Notes under the pieces: generated by a model
The model's input: the letters and a program-made list of their open reading frames with translations, nothing else
What the model was told of the DNA's origin: nothing
Database searches by the model: none
Program-made: the position numbers and the translations under genes
Shown here: positions 27,601 to 38,093 of the stretch, in pieces
Layout: the number at the start of each line of letters is the position of its first letter
Position numbering within the stretch: the stretch's first letter is position 1
IMG/VR virus record: IMGVR_UViG_3300028591_000191
Location: 7,189-71,188 of that record
Reading direction: 5' to 3' (one strand)
Source: a virus
Lineage: Duplodnaviria > Caudoviricetes
Length of the DNA stretch: 64,000 nucleotides

Positions 27601-30600
27601 ATATGGAACGCTGGTTTGAACAAGATTCTACTTACGGAGACCTTGCTGCAGGAGAGGTCCTTATTGGAATGGCTTCTAGGTCTAAGAGTCCTATTGTTCG
27701 TATAGTAGAGAAGATGATGTCAGATGCTGAATTTGACACTAACAGAGAGGTATTGAAGAAAGGTAACGAACTTGTTCGTCTATATAATAAAATACGTCCT
27801 TCTGGTTCTCAAGTAAGTTGGAATAACTGGCAAAAACGCTTTATGGAGCTTGATAGAGAAGGCCTTCCAACTGGATACTTTATAAGAGAAGTAAATGAAG
27901 GATTGTTCTTTAAGGATAGAGATGAATATGAGGCTACTCTTAGAGCTGAATTCGGTCTAACTGCTGACGAAGAAGGACACACTATCTTCCCAGAAGAAGA
28001 GTTTACGAAAGATGATAGTATATACAACAAGTATCACGATAAACTCGACGAATGGTTGGATAGTAGATGTAACAGACGTTATACTCTTCAGTATTATAAA
28101 GATAGACGTAGATACTTATCTCCAAAAACTATTCAAGCTCAGAATAGAATATAGAGGTAGATAGACCTTATTCTTGATAAGTGTAGAATGGAATCCGGTT
28201 TAGTAGACCTGTCTAAACTTACGTTAAATGAAAAGAGTCAACTTAATCATTATCGTAGAGAAAAGCGAGACCTTGGCAGTCATTATATATTTACAGAAGG
28301 CTCTGATGGCATTCTAAGAGTTGAAGAGAAAACAGGAGACGCTTTAAAGATGGCAGATGAAATATCAGACTGGAATAAATATATAACCGATAAAGTTAAA
28401 TATAAACCAGACTGGACTGCATTTAATCAAGCAATTTCTGAGTTAAAAAAGAACGGAGCTACTCAAGACTAGATTGATGAATTTAAACGTAATAACACTG
28501 TTACTAGAATTACTCCAGAGTTTTACGACACTTTGAATAGAGTGCTTGGAAAATCTGTGACTAGTAAGAAATTAGAGCAGTTAAAACATCGTCATAGAGA
28601 GATAATAAATGCTTTAAAAGAAAGACAAGGTGCTGGACGTCATAATCTTAGCAAGCTTGGTTCTGGTCTTACTACTGATCAATCTGGATGGAGAGAATTG
28701 TAGAAGATAGAACAAGAAATGGCTAATGAGAGAAAGGAGCTTATAAAGAAAGGTATGAAAGGTACACCCGGAGATATCGAAGATTTAAGCTTCTCTGATG
28801 TAGCTGCTATGTTGTACGTTCCTATAAGTGATACAGAAGATAGATCATATCTCGACGTACTTATAGAACAATGGAGATCTGCTGCTGTTTCTAATACAGA
28901 CTTAAACAATATATTTAATCAATTGTTTACGTTTAAAGACGAAAAGGGCAAGATAAGATACCTTAAAGCATTCTCGTACCTTACTCCTAGAGATTGGACG
29001 TTAACTATAGAAGGCAAACAAATCTCATGTATCGAATCTTTACCAGGAAGTGAATATTCTGAGTTAGACGAAAGCTCTCCTTTTGTAAACGATAAGTTCA
29101 TTAAGAATGGTAAATCTTTGCAAGTTAAGAAAGATATGTATAAAAATGAAAAATATACTGAGCTTTCTGACGGCGAAAAAGAGTTCTTAAATAAGCTTAT
29201 GCAAACTATGGACGAAGCTAACGAGAGAATACCTAATAAATCTCTATATAGAGACGGCAGGTTGCCTCAAATAAGCGGTAGAACAATGTCTGTATTATCG
29301 AATACAATTAGAGCAAAAGAGTGGTCTACAGCTTTAAAATATCCATTTAGAAAGTTTGGTGTAAAGTATTCTGAAACAGATACTGATGTTACAACAAACA
29401 TGGATTTAGCTAGACGTCCTGACGGTTCTGTTGTGAACAATATCCCTATACGATTTGTAGAAAAGCTTCCAAATACTGCTGTTCAAACTACTGATGTATT
29501 AGGTTCTGTAATTGCATACTTTGATATGGCTTGTAATTATGCAAACAAGTCTAAAAATCTTCCTACACTAGAGCTTATTAAATATGCTGTAGACCCATCT
29601 CAAGCAAAGAATGGAAATAAAATGGAAGATCAATATACAAAGATTGAGAACTTATTAGACCAGCGTTATTATGGTAAGGAAACATCTTTTGGGTTCAACA
29701 GTGAAGAGAAAATAACTCCATCTAAACAAAGAGCTATTCAAGCAACTAAGACTATAAGAAATCTTGCTGCAGTGGCAATGCTTGGTGTAAACTTTACTAC
29801 TATTGAAGTAGGTTACATCGATGCATTATGTTCAATGTTGGCAGATGCCGTAGGTGGAAAATATTTAACTGGTAGCGATATGCGTAAAGCATTTGCACAA
29901 TGTATTGCTCATACTGGTAAGATGATAAAAGGTCTTGGAAATCCTGTTGTAGAAGATAAGCTTGTAGCTGCTATGTAGTTCAATCAACTTAGTAGAAGTA
30001 ATTCTGAGATATTCTCTTCTACAGACAAATTCAAATTAGATAGATTTGTACACGACCACCTTCTTATGGGAGGTTATACTCTTGCGGATTATATGATTAA
30101 CTCTATGATGCTTACGTCTACGTATAATCATTATAAACTTCTTACAAACCCAACGACTGGTAAGCAGCAGTTTATGTCTAAAACAGATGCTATAAATATA
30201 TTTACATCTGTTGGATATACTGAAAAAGAAGCCGTAAAGCTTTGGAAAAAATCTAAAGACACTCTCTGGGATGCGTACGAATTAAAAGACGGGTTGTTCG
30301 TAAGAAAAGATAAGTATAAAGATATAATAACCAAGAAGCTTGAAAATCAAATTGCAGGTAGATTGCGCGACAGAACAGCAATGTATAATGGTGTCGTTCC
30401 TATGACAGAAAAAGCTAAAATGCAACAAAACGTGTTTGGTTCATTTGTTACACTTATGCGTAATTTCTATATAAATACATATTGGGATAAATTCAAGACT
30501 GGTGGAGATTACGTTACAGAAGATGGAGACCATCATATAGGATGGTCATCTGAGTACAAACGTGACGACCTTGGATTGGTGAATCTTGAAACAGGAGAGT

Positions 30601-31370
30601 TCGAAGGAGCAGTATTTAAAGATTTCTGTCGTGGTATGTACAAAATGGCAGCTAATTATAAGTCTGCATTCAGAAGCGGTATAATGAGTTCTTTAAATGA
30701 ATCTCAGCGATATGCTGTAAAAAGATGTCTTACTGAACTTGGTACAATAACAGCACTGATGTTTATGATGTTATGGAGTGTTGCTTTTGCTCGTACAAAT
30801 GATTATGATGACGATAAAGACCCTGTATGGCTCGTAAATATAGCTGGTATAATGCCTTGGTCAAAAGAGAAATTACTTACTTTTGATTTTGATAACGCTG
30901 ACAAAAAATTCTTTGACTTCTTAAGGTGGAAGTTAGCATTGTTGTCGACAAGAGGATTTACAGAGCGACTTACATCTTGGTGGCCTCCTACGGTACTTGA
31001 ACTGTTTACGTCACCTTCTACAGCTAAGTCATACTTAGACGATGTTTGTACTATTTGGGATTTAAGTTTAGACATGTTCAGCCAACATGCCGATGACGAG
31101 ATTAAAACAGGTGGATATAAACATATGACTCGTAGAACAAGGGATGTACTTAAACTCACCTCTGCATTCGGTGTAGACAATCTCGTAAGACAGTGGCACA
31201 CCGACGGAATCAAATCTACATTTAACTACTATAGAAAACTTACTCCTACAAGTGCTATTGTTCCATCTCAGTCAGAATGGAATGAACAACAAGGCTTAGG
31301 CACTCACGGTGGTTAGAAATCAGAAGAAAACAAAACAAAGAAAAGGTCTTCTGGTGGATTTGTATATTGA
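24666..31370 (+). CDS. Large virion (ejected) protein, ~2234 aa, with ART-PolyVal-like and degenerate zincin domains (TAG=Gln)
   Basis: ATG 24666 (MNAICPNLSNPDV); one frame through track ORFs 24834, 26619, 28188, 28719 and 30066 with 14 TAGs; ends TGA. Motifs DWFGDW..SKAVDENGEPLIVY..GSGFYFS..EYIVKNPNQIKS and AEECLHP. Confidence 0.8.
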
Positions 31371-31429
31371 TATTTATTGAAATAGTAAATTTCAAATTTC
31401 AGTTTGGCTATCTTGTATATTGTTATATT

Positions 31430-31480
31430 TAAACAATAAAACGAATAAAGGGGAAGCATTCACTTAGAATGCCTCCCCTT
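31430..31480 (-). terminator. Intrinsic terminator at the convergence of the two gene blocks
   Basis: Stem AAGGGGAAGCATTC / GAATGCCTCCCCTT (31448-31480) spans the stop of the last - strand gene and is followed on the - strand by TTTATTCGTTTTATTGTTT. Confidence 0.7.
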
Positions 31481-31943
31481 CTTCGTCTCCATACTCCTCT
31501 GGTGCGTAATCCTCTTCAGGAAGCACCAAAGGTTCTGGATGTTCGTACATTGTTCCAAGAAGTACGTTGTTTGTTATCCACGAATCTTTATGGTCCCAAA
31601 AATCAAGTATTCGTTGTTTTTGAGATATAGATAATAATATATTACCTGCTCTTATGTTTTTAATAGTACTATTGATGGTAAATACATATACAGTGTACGA
31701 TTTACCACCTATTCTAGCAATTCTAGAGCTGTGTCGATTATTAAGTCGATACATTTTATAATGTCGTTTTGCAACATCATCTCCTTTTATGTTATCGTCG
31801 TACATTAAAAACAAATGATCCACAAGATGTGGCTTATTTTTATCTTCAAAGTAAGCACCTACAAAACCACTACTCTCTTGTATATCTGATAATTTAATAT
31901 CAGAATTGAGTAATGGAATTGCAAGTTTCATTAGGTTATTCAT
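31464..31943 (-). CDS. Hypothetical protein (159 aa)
   Basis: Clean ORF, ATGA overlap with the upstream gene, acidic C-terminus. Confidence 0.75.
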   Translation of the reverse strand: MNNLMKLAIPLLNSDIKLSDIQESSGFVGAYFEDKNKPHLVDHLFLMYDDNIKGDDVAKRHYKMYRLNNRHSSRIARIGGKSYTVYVFTINSTIKNIRAGNILLSISQKQRILDFWDHKDSWITNNVLLGTMYEHPEPLVLPEEDYAPEEYGDEEGEAF

Positions 31944-32965
31944 AGGTTTAAGGTTTCTGAGCCGTCACCTTCATAGTATTCTCTACTATGTTCCCACTTG
32001 TTGTTTATCTGATGCCAAGCGATATCTCGCAAAGCATGACAGATGTCATTATACCTTGCAAGCACTTGCCATTCATGAAACACGAAAACACGAATTTCAT
32101 TTGAACCAGTAGTATCTATACCAATGATATAATACAAGAACTTCCATTCTGATGGATCATCATTCAGTTCGTTCTCAATATACCATTTAGCAGCCATAGT
32201 ATAATACATAAGCTGTCTACAATAGTCGTACATCTGTATACTTTCCTCAAAGTGCCACAATTTAGCTGTAGTCTTAAGGTCCATAATAATACAACATTTT
32301 GTTTTAGTACAGAATGTAACACTATCTAATAAAGACTTGCATCTTATTTTGTAGTCTTTAGTAGCTTGCCACTCCCAGTTTATATGAAATTCATGGTGGT
32401 GCTTTAGATTACTCATAGGAGGAGGTATAGACCCCATCATATTTTCCTCTGCCGGCCATAACAACTTCCAAGCTAGTTTATGAGCTTTAAAGTTATTCTT
32501 AATCTTTTTCAACATTTGGTACTCTGAAGGACTGATCATCTGTTTCCTATCTGGATCTTTCAGGTAATCAATATATTCCTTCAACGTAGAGGCTATTTTC
32601 AGGCCTTCTGACAGCATTTTGTCTTCCGACTTTCCTGCTGTACTATACGCCTCTTTATAGGCGCTTAGAATGGCTTTATTTGGCTCTATTTCTAATGAAG
32701 ATGCTAGTGCCTGACAGAACTTCTCCTGCTGTGCAGAAAAAGGTCTACTTTTGTCCCACACTACATAGGTTTTTTGGAACTCTTCAGGCTGTAACAGATA
32801 CATATGAATTAAGGTTCCGCGTTCCAATACAGGGTTTTTCTCCTCTGGAACATCTTCTGTCAGCATCTTATGTAAAAAGGCTGGCCCCTTATTCAAGAAC
32901 CAGCCTATATTGGAGTTACTTATACGAGTTTTATCCTCATAATAAGGTATGGAAATATCCATCAT
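31940..32965 (-). CDS. PD-(D/E)xK exonuclease (RecE/ExoVIII-like)
   Basis: ISNS..GTLIH, KSLLD..IIMDLKTT and YDYCRQLMYY motifs. Confidence 0.75.
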   Translation of the reverse strand: MMDISIPYYEDKTRISNSNIGWFLNKGPAFLHKMLTEDVPEEKNPVLERGTLIHMYLLQPEEFQKTYVVWDKSRPFSAQQEKFCQALASSLEIEPNKAILSAYKEAYSTAGKSEDKMLSEGLKIASTLKEYIDYLKDPDRKQMISPSEYQMLKKIKNNFKAHKLAWKLLWPAEENMMGSIPPPMSNLKHHHEFHINWEWQATKDYKIRCKSLLDSVTFCTKTKCCIIMDLKTTAKLWHFEESIQMYDYCRQLMYYTMAAKWYIENELNDDPSEWKFLYYIIGIDTTGSNEIRVFVFHEWQVLARYNDICHALRDIAWHQINNKWEHSREYYEGDGSETLNL

Positions 32966-33207
32966 TCTTCTTTCTTCGGTTTATGTTTCTCAACATATTC
33001 TCGTACACTATCACCATCCTTTAAGACATTCTTAGTGAAGTATCGGAGAAAACCTTTCAGTTCCTCTAATGCTTCATTAGGAGTGTCATATTTTTTATAT
33101 CCAAGTATGAACCCAAATGGAGTGAGAGTGTCTATTTTCCACTCCCATCCACTAGGGCTATATATCAAGGACATACGAACGAGATAGTTAGCTTCTTCAA
33201 GCGTCAT
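32962..33207 (-). CDS. Hypothetical protein (81 aa)
   Basis: ATGA overlaps with genes on both sides. Confidence 0.7.
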   Translation of the reverse strand: MTLEEANYLVRMSLIYSPSGWEWKIDTLTPFGFILGYKKYDTPNEALEELKGFLRYFTKNVLKDGDSVREYVEKHKPKKEE

Positions 33208-33974
33208 TTTCGTGCAATATTAAGATCGTCAAGAATCTCATCAAAAGACTCATCAGGATTATTCTGATGCTCCTCTCCAAAGATAACAACGTTATCATAC
33301 GAAACAACGCTCATAGAAGCACAACAGAACTCAGCAGCTCCGTCGGCAGCTTCTTCTGTATCGAAATATTTCATCAATACAGTTTTAGCAATATTTTTAT
33401 CGATACTCTTAAATGTGCGCTTATAACGTATACGAGAGCATCGGTCATTCAGGTACTTGTCAATCTCCTTTTCGTCGTTTGCAGTACACAGAATGAGTTT
33501 TTTGCAGGTAGGCTTTACACCATCGAAGAAGCCTAACAGACCTGACAAATACCAGTTCTTATCAAGCTCATCCATAATGATGCAGACATCATCACTAACC
33601 TGTGAGAAGAACTGCTCAATATCAGCAGTTCGCACATCACCATTAATGACAATGATGGGCAGACCAGACTTCATAGCTGTCTTTTTAGCCATTAAAGTCT
33701 TACCGCTACCCTTCAAACCGCTAAACAATACACCTGTGGTAAGCTTATCGGTCTTCTTATAAGTATTGACGATTTTATCCATAAACTTATTATCCGCCTC
33801 ACTAAGATAGTAATCCTCAGGGAAGATAAATGAGTTTATCTCAGACAAACAAGGCATGTCCATCTGAGTATTATGCAGTTCATAGACTTTACCAGCTGTC
33901 AGGCTGTAACTACTTCCTGATGGTATTGGCATAATATTATCGCCATTCTTTATAAAAGAATATTTATTTTCCAT
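33204..33974 (-). CDS. AAA+ ATPase
   Basis: Walker A GLKGSGKT, Walker B CIIMDELDK, sensor LILCTAN, arginine finger DRCSRIRY. Confidence 0.85.
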   Translation of the reverse strand: MENKYSFIKNGDNIMPIPSGSSYSLTAGKVYELHNTQMDMPCLSEINSFIFPEDYYLSEADNKFMDKIVNTYKKTDKLTTGVLFSGLKGSGKTLMAKKTAMKSGLPIIVINGDVRTADIEQFFSQVSDDVCIIMDELDKNWYLSGLLGFFDGVKPTCKKLILCTANDEKEIDKYLNDRCSRIRYKRTFKSIDKNIAKTVLMKYFDTEEAADGAAEFCCASMSVVSYDNVVIFGEEHQNNPDESFDEILDDLNIARK

Positions 33975-34362
33975 TTCGTTCTTTCAGCTCTTCAATCATC
34001 TCGTTAACCTGCTTCTGGTTACGTACCAGATACAGTTTTGTTTTAGCGTGATGTTTATGTAAATAATACTTGAATAACTTCCAGCGAAGGGGAAAGGAAT
34101 CTCCCATAAGTCCTTTACATTCTACTATAAAACCTCGTCCAACGAAGTCTGGTAGATATGTAATAGGTCTTATTTTTTCGCCTAAAAATTCGAACTTTGG
34201 TAGAAGAGTAAAATGCTTTGGCTCATATTTGACTGGTATACCAGCCTTCATAAAAGCTTCATACGTATAGAGTTCGAGTTTGCTACGAAAATGTAGCCCA
34301 TACGCATCGACTGCTGTCGCATTCTTAACCCTTCCTTTAGATTGCATGAGAATACTTTTCAA
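33964..34362 (-). CDS. PD-(D/E)xK endonuclease (T7 endonuclease I / Holliday junction resolvase-like)
   Basis: FRSKLE..YEP..TYLPDF..IVECKG motif order. Confidence 0.75.
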   Translation of the reverse strand: MKSILMQSKGRVKNATAVDAYGLHFRSKLELYTYEAFMKAGIPVKYEPKHFTLLPKFEFLGEKIRPITYLPDFVGRGFIVECKGLMGDSFPLRWKLFKYYLHKHHAKTKLYLVRNQKQVNEMIEELKERNGK

Positions 34363-34475
34363 AGAGAATAATTACTGCTCTCTTATTTTTCTTATAATTT
34401 GACACCCACATATGAGAATCAAACAGTACTCCGCATAGGAAACCACATGCGAGACTAGTCGCACATATAATAATA

Positions 34476-35450
34476 TTACTTAACATATCCTTCTGTTGTT
34501 TTAGTTAACCAATCCTTGACAATGGAGAATCCGTTAGCCTTAACAGCATCGGATACGTCCTTTGCCTTAAACTTCTTGTGAACAAACATAGCATTTAGCT
34601 TATGTTCTTTGCTGCACCGTCTTGCATTCTTGACGCCAGCCTCATCTCTGTCAAACAGGATGATAATAGTCTTGAATCGCTTTCGGAGATCTTCCAGTAT
34701 ACTGTTCGGTATAAAGGTGGTCTCACTGGATGGCGATATAGCGCAAAATCCCATTTCATACAAACACATCACATCTTTAAGCGATTTAGTTATAAACAAT
34801 ACATTCCCAAACTCAGGTAGCTGTCTATAACCTTGAATGTTTCCATTATTTAAGTTAGTCCTCCATTTAGTATACTTACTTGCAAGTGGACGATAGATTT
34901 TAAACCTGTCATCTACCTTATAAGCATACATAGGATTATCCTCCTTGTATTTTCCTCGTACAATGTTATTACATAGGAAATACTTAATACTGAAAACATC
35001 AAATTTCTTAAGCGTATCCATAGAAATATGGAATTGCTTCCAATACTTCTTATCTACTTCTGTAAATGGTTGTCTAACAATCCCTATGACCGTCTCAGAC
35101 GCATTTTCAGCCACTCTGACGGCCTTTCGGTCTGTTTGTGTAGGATTTATCTGCTTAACTATTTTTAGGAGCTCACGCTCCATTTCTTCGCGTGTTTGAA
35201 GATTCTTGTACAGCTTCATGAACTTGAGAGCATTGCCTGCTTCTCCAGTACCATGATCTTTGAACAATAACCCTCCAGTCTTGCTAGGAAATATAGCAAA
35301 ACTAGGTATTTTATCATCAGGCCTCAAAGGGCTATTAATTAGCTTCTTTGGCTTTATAGACCCTAGATAATAGCTATATATGTCATAGTCGCTCACTTTC
35401 TCCAACAAGTCTTTCAGACTCATTGTGATAGCAGTTTTCGTACTATACAT
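34476..35450 (-). CDS. DNA primase (DnaG-like, TOPRIM)
   Basis: SPLRPDDKIPSF, FKDHGTG, ITKSLKDVMCL and IIILFDRDEAG (TOPRIM DxD). Confidence 0.85.
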   Translation of the reverse strand: MYSTKTAITMSLKDLLEKVSDYDIYSYYLGSIKPKKLINSPLRPDDKIPSFAIFPSKTGGLLFKDHGTGEAGNALKFMKLYKNLQTREEMERELLKIVKQINPTQTDRKAVRVAENASETVIGIVRQPFTEVDKKYWKQFHISMDTLKKFDVFSIKYFLCNNIVRGKYKEDNPMYAYKVDDRFKIYRPLASKYTKWRTNLNNGNIQGYRQLPEFGNVLFITKSLKDVMCLYEMGFCAISPSSETTFIPNSILEDLRKRFKTIIILFDRDEAGVKNARRCSKEHKLNAMFVHKKFKAKDVSDAVKANGFSIVKDWLTKTTEGYVK

Positions 35451-35451
35451 A

Positions 35452-35676
35452 TTACAATATCCTACATTGGTGGTTCTTAATTCTCTGTAAAGTCACAGTA
35501 GTCATCATAGGATTTATCTCTTTCTTGTTAGAAAAAGGTACAGTAACATATCGGTGCTCTGCATTAGCAAATACCATATGTGTACTATTCTTATGATGTT
35601 CAAAGAATCCAAGAGTTCCAAGCAACGCTTTAAACTCCTTGTAGGAATAAGTTTTTAAAGCTTTCTTTCCTTTCAT
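35452..35676 (-). CDS. HicA-like RNase (74 aa)
   Basis: LLGTLGF..KNSTHMVF..VTVP..KEI pattern matches the HicA dsRBD fold, including its catalytic His. Confidence 0.6.
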   Translation of the reverse strand: MKGKKALKTYSYKEFKALLGTLGFFEHHKNSTHMVFANAEHRYVTVPFSNKKEINPMMTTVTLQRIKNHQCRIL

Positions 35677-35681
35677 AATTG

Positions 35682-35753
35682 CGCAAGGTGCCGGATTCGA
35701 ACCACATATACAGTATGGCTACTGTACGTTTTAACTATTTAAACTAACCTTGC
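35682..35753 (-). pseudogene. Degenerate tRNA-like element (possibly Gly-GCC derived)
   Basis: 72 nt; acceptor GCAAGGT/ACCTTGC, D stem GTTT/AAAC, stem TACAG/CTGTA with 8-nt loop TAGCCATA, TTCGAAT loop with a weak T stem. Confidence 0.6.
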
Positions 35754-35759
35754 CTTTTA

Positions 35760-35839
35760 TGGGTGCCAGATGGGATTCGAACCCACATTTCTATACAATA
35801 TTAATTATGTATAGACGTTACCATTACCTTACTGACTCC
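35760..35839 (-). pseudogene. Degenerate tRNA-like element with extended anticodon arm
   Basis: Acceptor GGAGTCA/TGGCACC (1 mismatch), T arm GTGGG TTCGAAT CCCAT, stem TCTATACA/TGTATAGA around TAATTAATAT. Confidence 0.5.
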
Positions 35840-35967
35840 ATTTTTTCTTTTTCAATTCGGTTTAACACTTGGTTAACCTTTTTAGAAAGATTAACCTTTT
35901 CTCTACCTCCTTTGTTCCAGTACCAGTCTTTCCAGTACCCTGGTTTGTGATAATCTTTCTGTTTCAT
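35824..35967 (-). CDS. Small basic protein (47 aa, not in ORF track)
   Basis: MKQKDYHKPGYWKDWYWNKGGREKVNLSKKVNQVLNRIEKEKMESVR*; ATG start, TAA stop. Confidence 0.55.
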   Translation of the reverse strand: MKQKDYHKPGYWKDWYWNKGGREKVNLSKKVNQVLNRIEKEKMESVR

Positions 35968-36184
35968 ATTGAAGGGGCTGACGGATTACTCCATCAGTCT
36001 TCCACCACTGACCTTTATTAGCTTTCACGTTACCCTCTCTAGGCAAAACCTAGTTCATTCGTACGATTTCCACGTACCCGTAGTTTATTAGACTTACACG
36101 GAACGATTATCTAATTTATTGGTTGTCAGCACCACTGACATTTCCCACAACGAAACATTTCAGCGTCACGCTGTAGACGTTTCA

Positions 36185-36823
36185 TTAGAAAGGGAGGTCG
36201 TCAGCACCTGTTGATACAGATTCTTGTACTGTATCGATAGTCTCAGTTACCGGAGTGTTCAACAGCTGAGCTTCCTTAGCTGCTGCAACAAGCGGATCGA
36301 TAGGCTTCTCTTCATCAGCCTTTACGGGACGCTCTGTAAGATCGTTCTTCCAAAGCTTAATCTGAGACTCTGCAACTGTCATAGCCTCAACGAAAATACC
36401 GTTCTTCGACACCTGGGTGTAACCGTTCTTGTCATAAGTTACCTTAAGACGTACTGGTGAGCTTTCACCATCATTGAGACACTGCTTAGCCCAATTAATC
36501 ATCTCGACAAATGAGGAACCCTCAAAGTCGTTATGACCACCCTTAACTGCATCAATAACTTGCAGAATACGACCAAACTGCTGATCATCACGACGCTGTA
36601 AATCCTCGTCAGTCTTAATCCACATATTCTTCTCGTTCTTCCACTCAGTCATAGTTGCTGTCTGACCGTTAGCGTTCTCAAAGATAATCTCCAAGAAGTC
36701 ACGACCATTCTGTGTCTTATTAACGTTTACCTCTTTCAAGGTAATATTCTCATTGATTCCCACTGGCATATACGAGCTATTAAACTCAGTATTATTTGTT
36801 GTTGCGGTTTTTGTACTATACAT
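36185..36823 (-). CDS. Putative single-stranded DNA-binding protein
   Basis: Beta-rich N-terminal part, acidic tail ending ADDLPF, adjacent to a Sak4-like ATPase. Confidence 0.65.
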   Translation of the reverse strand: MYSTKTATTNNTEFNSSYMPVGINENITLKEVNVNKTQNGRDFLEIIFENANGQTATMTEWKNEKNMWIKTDEDLQRRDDQQFGRILQVIDAVKGGHNDFEGSSFVEMINWAKQCLNDGESSPVRLKVTYDKNGYTQVSKNGIFVEAMTVAESQIKLWKNDLTERPVKADEEKPIDPLVAAAKEAQLLNTPVTETIDTVQESVSTGADDLPF

Positions 36824-36840
36824 AGTTCTTGCAATTTTAA

Positions 36841-37587
36841 TTATTCAGGTTTATAAACTTTATCCCAATATGTTGTTATACTTCCATCTTCATTACCGGT
36901 GGCAATGATGATGTCTTTACCTGCGATGTGTCTGGCACGCGCTTCCATACTTGTTCCATCTCCTCCGGACTTAAAACTGATGTGAGTCTCATTGTCCTTA
37001 CGATAGACGTATCCGACGGCATCTGCCATGCCACATACGATTCTGCCAAGTTTGCCAACAAGGTCAATCTCTTTCGCGTTAACTTCTTGACCATCTTTCT
37101 CGGTGATACTATCTTTAACATGTCCTATAAGTATAAACTCATCACAGAGTTCTTTGAACATATCGATTACCTTCTTTACTGCGGTTCGAAGATAACCATA
37201 TCCAGCACCACGGGCAAGTGTTGTAACATCTGTACCTTTCCAGTTTTTACCCAGTTCAGTTTGACGATACAACGTACAAGCATAACCCATGCAAATGTCC
37301 TCTAGACGAGTTGCATTATCGATTGTAATATGTTTATAAAATTTATGACCTACTTCTGCATTCTTTGCTCGAATTGCCTGAGCAATCTGACCAAGGTCTT
37401 CAATGGTGCGTGCTTGTATAGCCATCGCATCAATAAAAGTAGAACCTCCTTCGAGGTCTATAATCAGATTATTAGGTATCTGAGCTACACAAGAGGTCTT
37501 TCCTGATTTAGGCATACCATACAGTATTAAATACTTAGGGTTTACCGATTTCGCAGGAACAGGTTGTGTAGGTAGTACTAAGCTCAT
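36841..37587 (-). CDS. AAA_24 / Sak4-like ssDNA-annealing ATPase
   Basis: LILYGMPKSGKTS, LIIDLEGG, ITIDN, ILIGH and DAVGY motifs. Confidence 0.8.
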   Translation of the reverse strand: MSLVLPTQPVPAKSVNPKYLILYGMPKSGKTSCVAQIPNNLIIDLEGGSTFIDAMAIQARTIEDLGQIAQAIRAKNAEVGHKFYKHITIDNATRLEDICMGYACTLYRQTELGKNWKGTDVTTLARGAGYGYLRTAVKKVIDMFKELCDEFILIGHVKDSITEKDGQEVNAKEIDLVGKLGRIVCGMADAVGYVYRKDNETHISFKSGGDGTSMEARARHIAGKDIIIATGNEDGSITTYWDKVYKPE

Positions 37588-37598
37588 AATATACTAAA

Positions 37599-38051
37599 TT
37601 ATTTCTTAATAGTAATCTTCAGACCATCAATATAAATAGTAGCAATAGTCTTCTTCATCTTCTTGGTCAAACCACTAATAAAGATAGGGTTACCAAACTC
37701 GTAGAAGTAATACGTATTGAAGCCAATAGTAATGTAATCCTTTGTGAAATAGAAAGGAGTACCATCTGCGAGGTAGTAAATCTTATCCTCAATATAAGGA
37801 CAGGTATTACCAAACTTAAAACCGTTGAAATAACTATAGACATTCGACATAGAAGTAGGATCATCAATCTTAATCTTGATAGTCTTCTTCTCGGTATTGT
37901 TACCATACAGCCAAGAGTTCTTAGCCATTATATCGTCATATATATAATCATCAAGAGTCTTAGTAGACTTTGCACATGTGTTGAAAAAGGGACAACTATT
38001 AATATTGTTAGTCTTATTATTATTCTTAATTGTAAAAGTATACTTCTCCAT
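37599..38051 (-). CDS. Hypothetical protein (150 aa)
   Basis: Clean ORF within the replication operon. Confidence 0.7.
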   Translation of the reverse strand: MEKYTFTIKNNNKTNNINSCPFFNTCAKSTKTLDDYIYDDIMAKNSWLYGNNTEKKTIKIKIDDPTSMSNVYSYFNGFKFGNTCPYIEDKIYYLADGTPFYFTKDYITIGFNTYYFYEFGNPIFISGLTKKMKKTIATIYIDGLKITIKK

Positions 38052-38093
38052 AATTCAGCCTTTCTTTTAAAACGTTAATACTAGTCTGATGCA

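Noticed and set aside
1-31370. + strand ORF fragments as separate genes, pseudogenes or frameshifts
   Set aside because: Fragments share one frame, are separated only by TAG, and the gaps encode conserved motifs (for example the nuclease GQTD and the muzzle FASPE). Recoding explains them.
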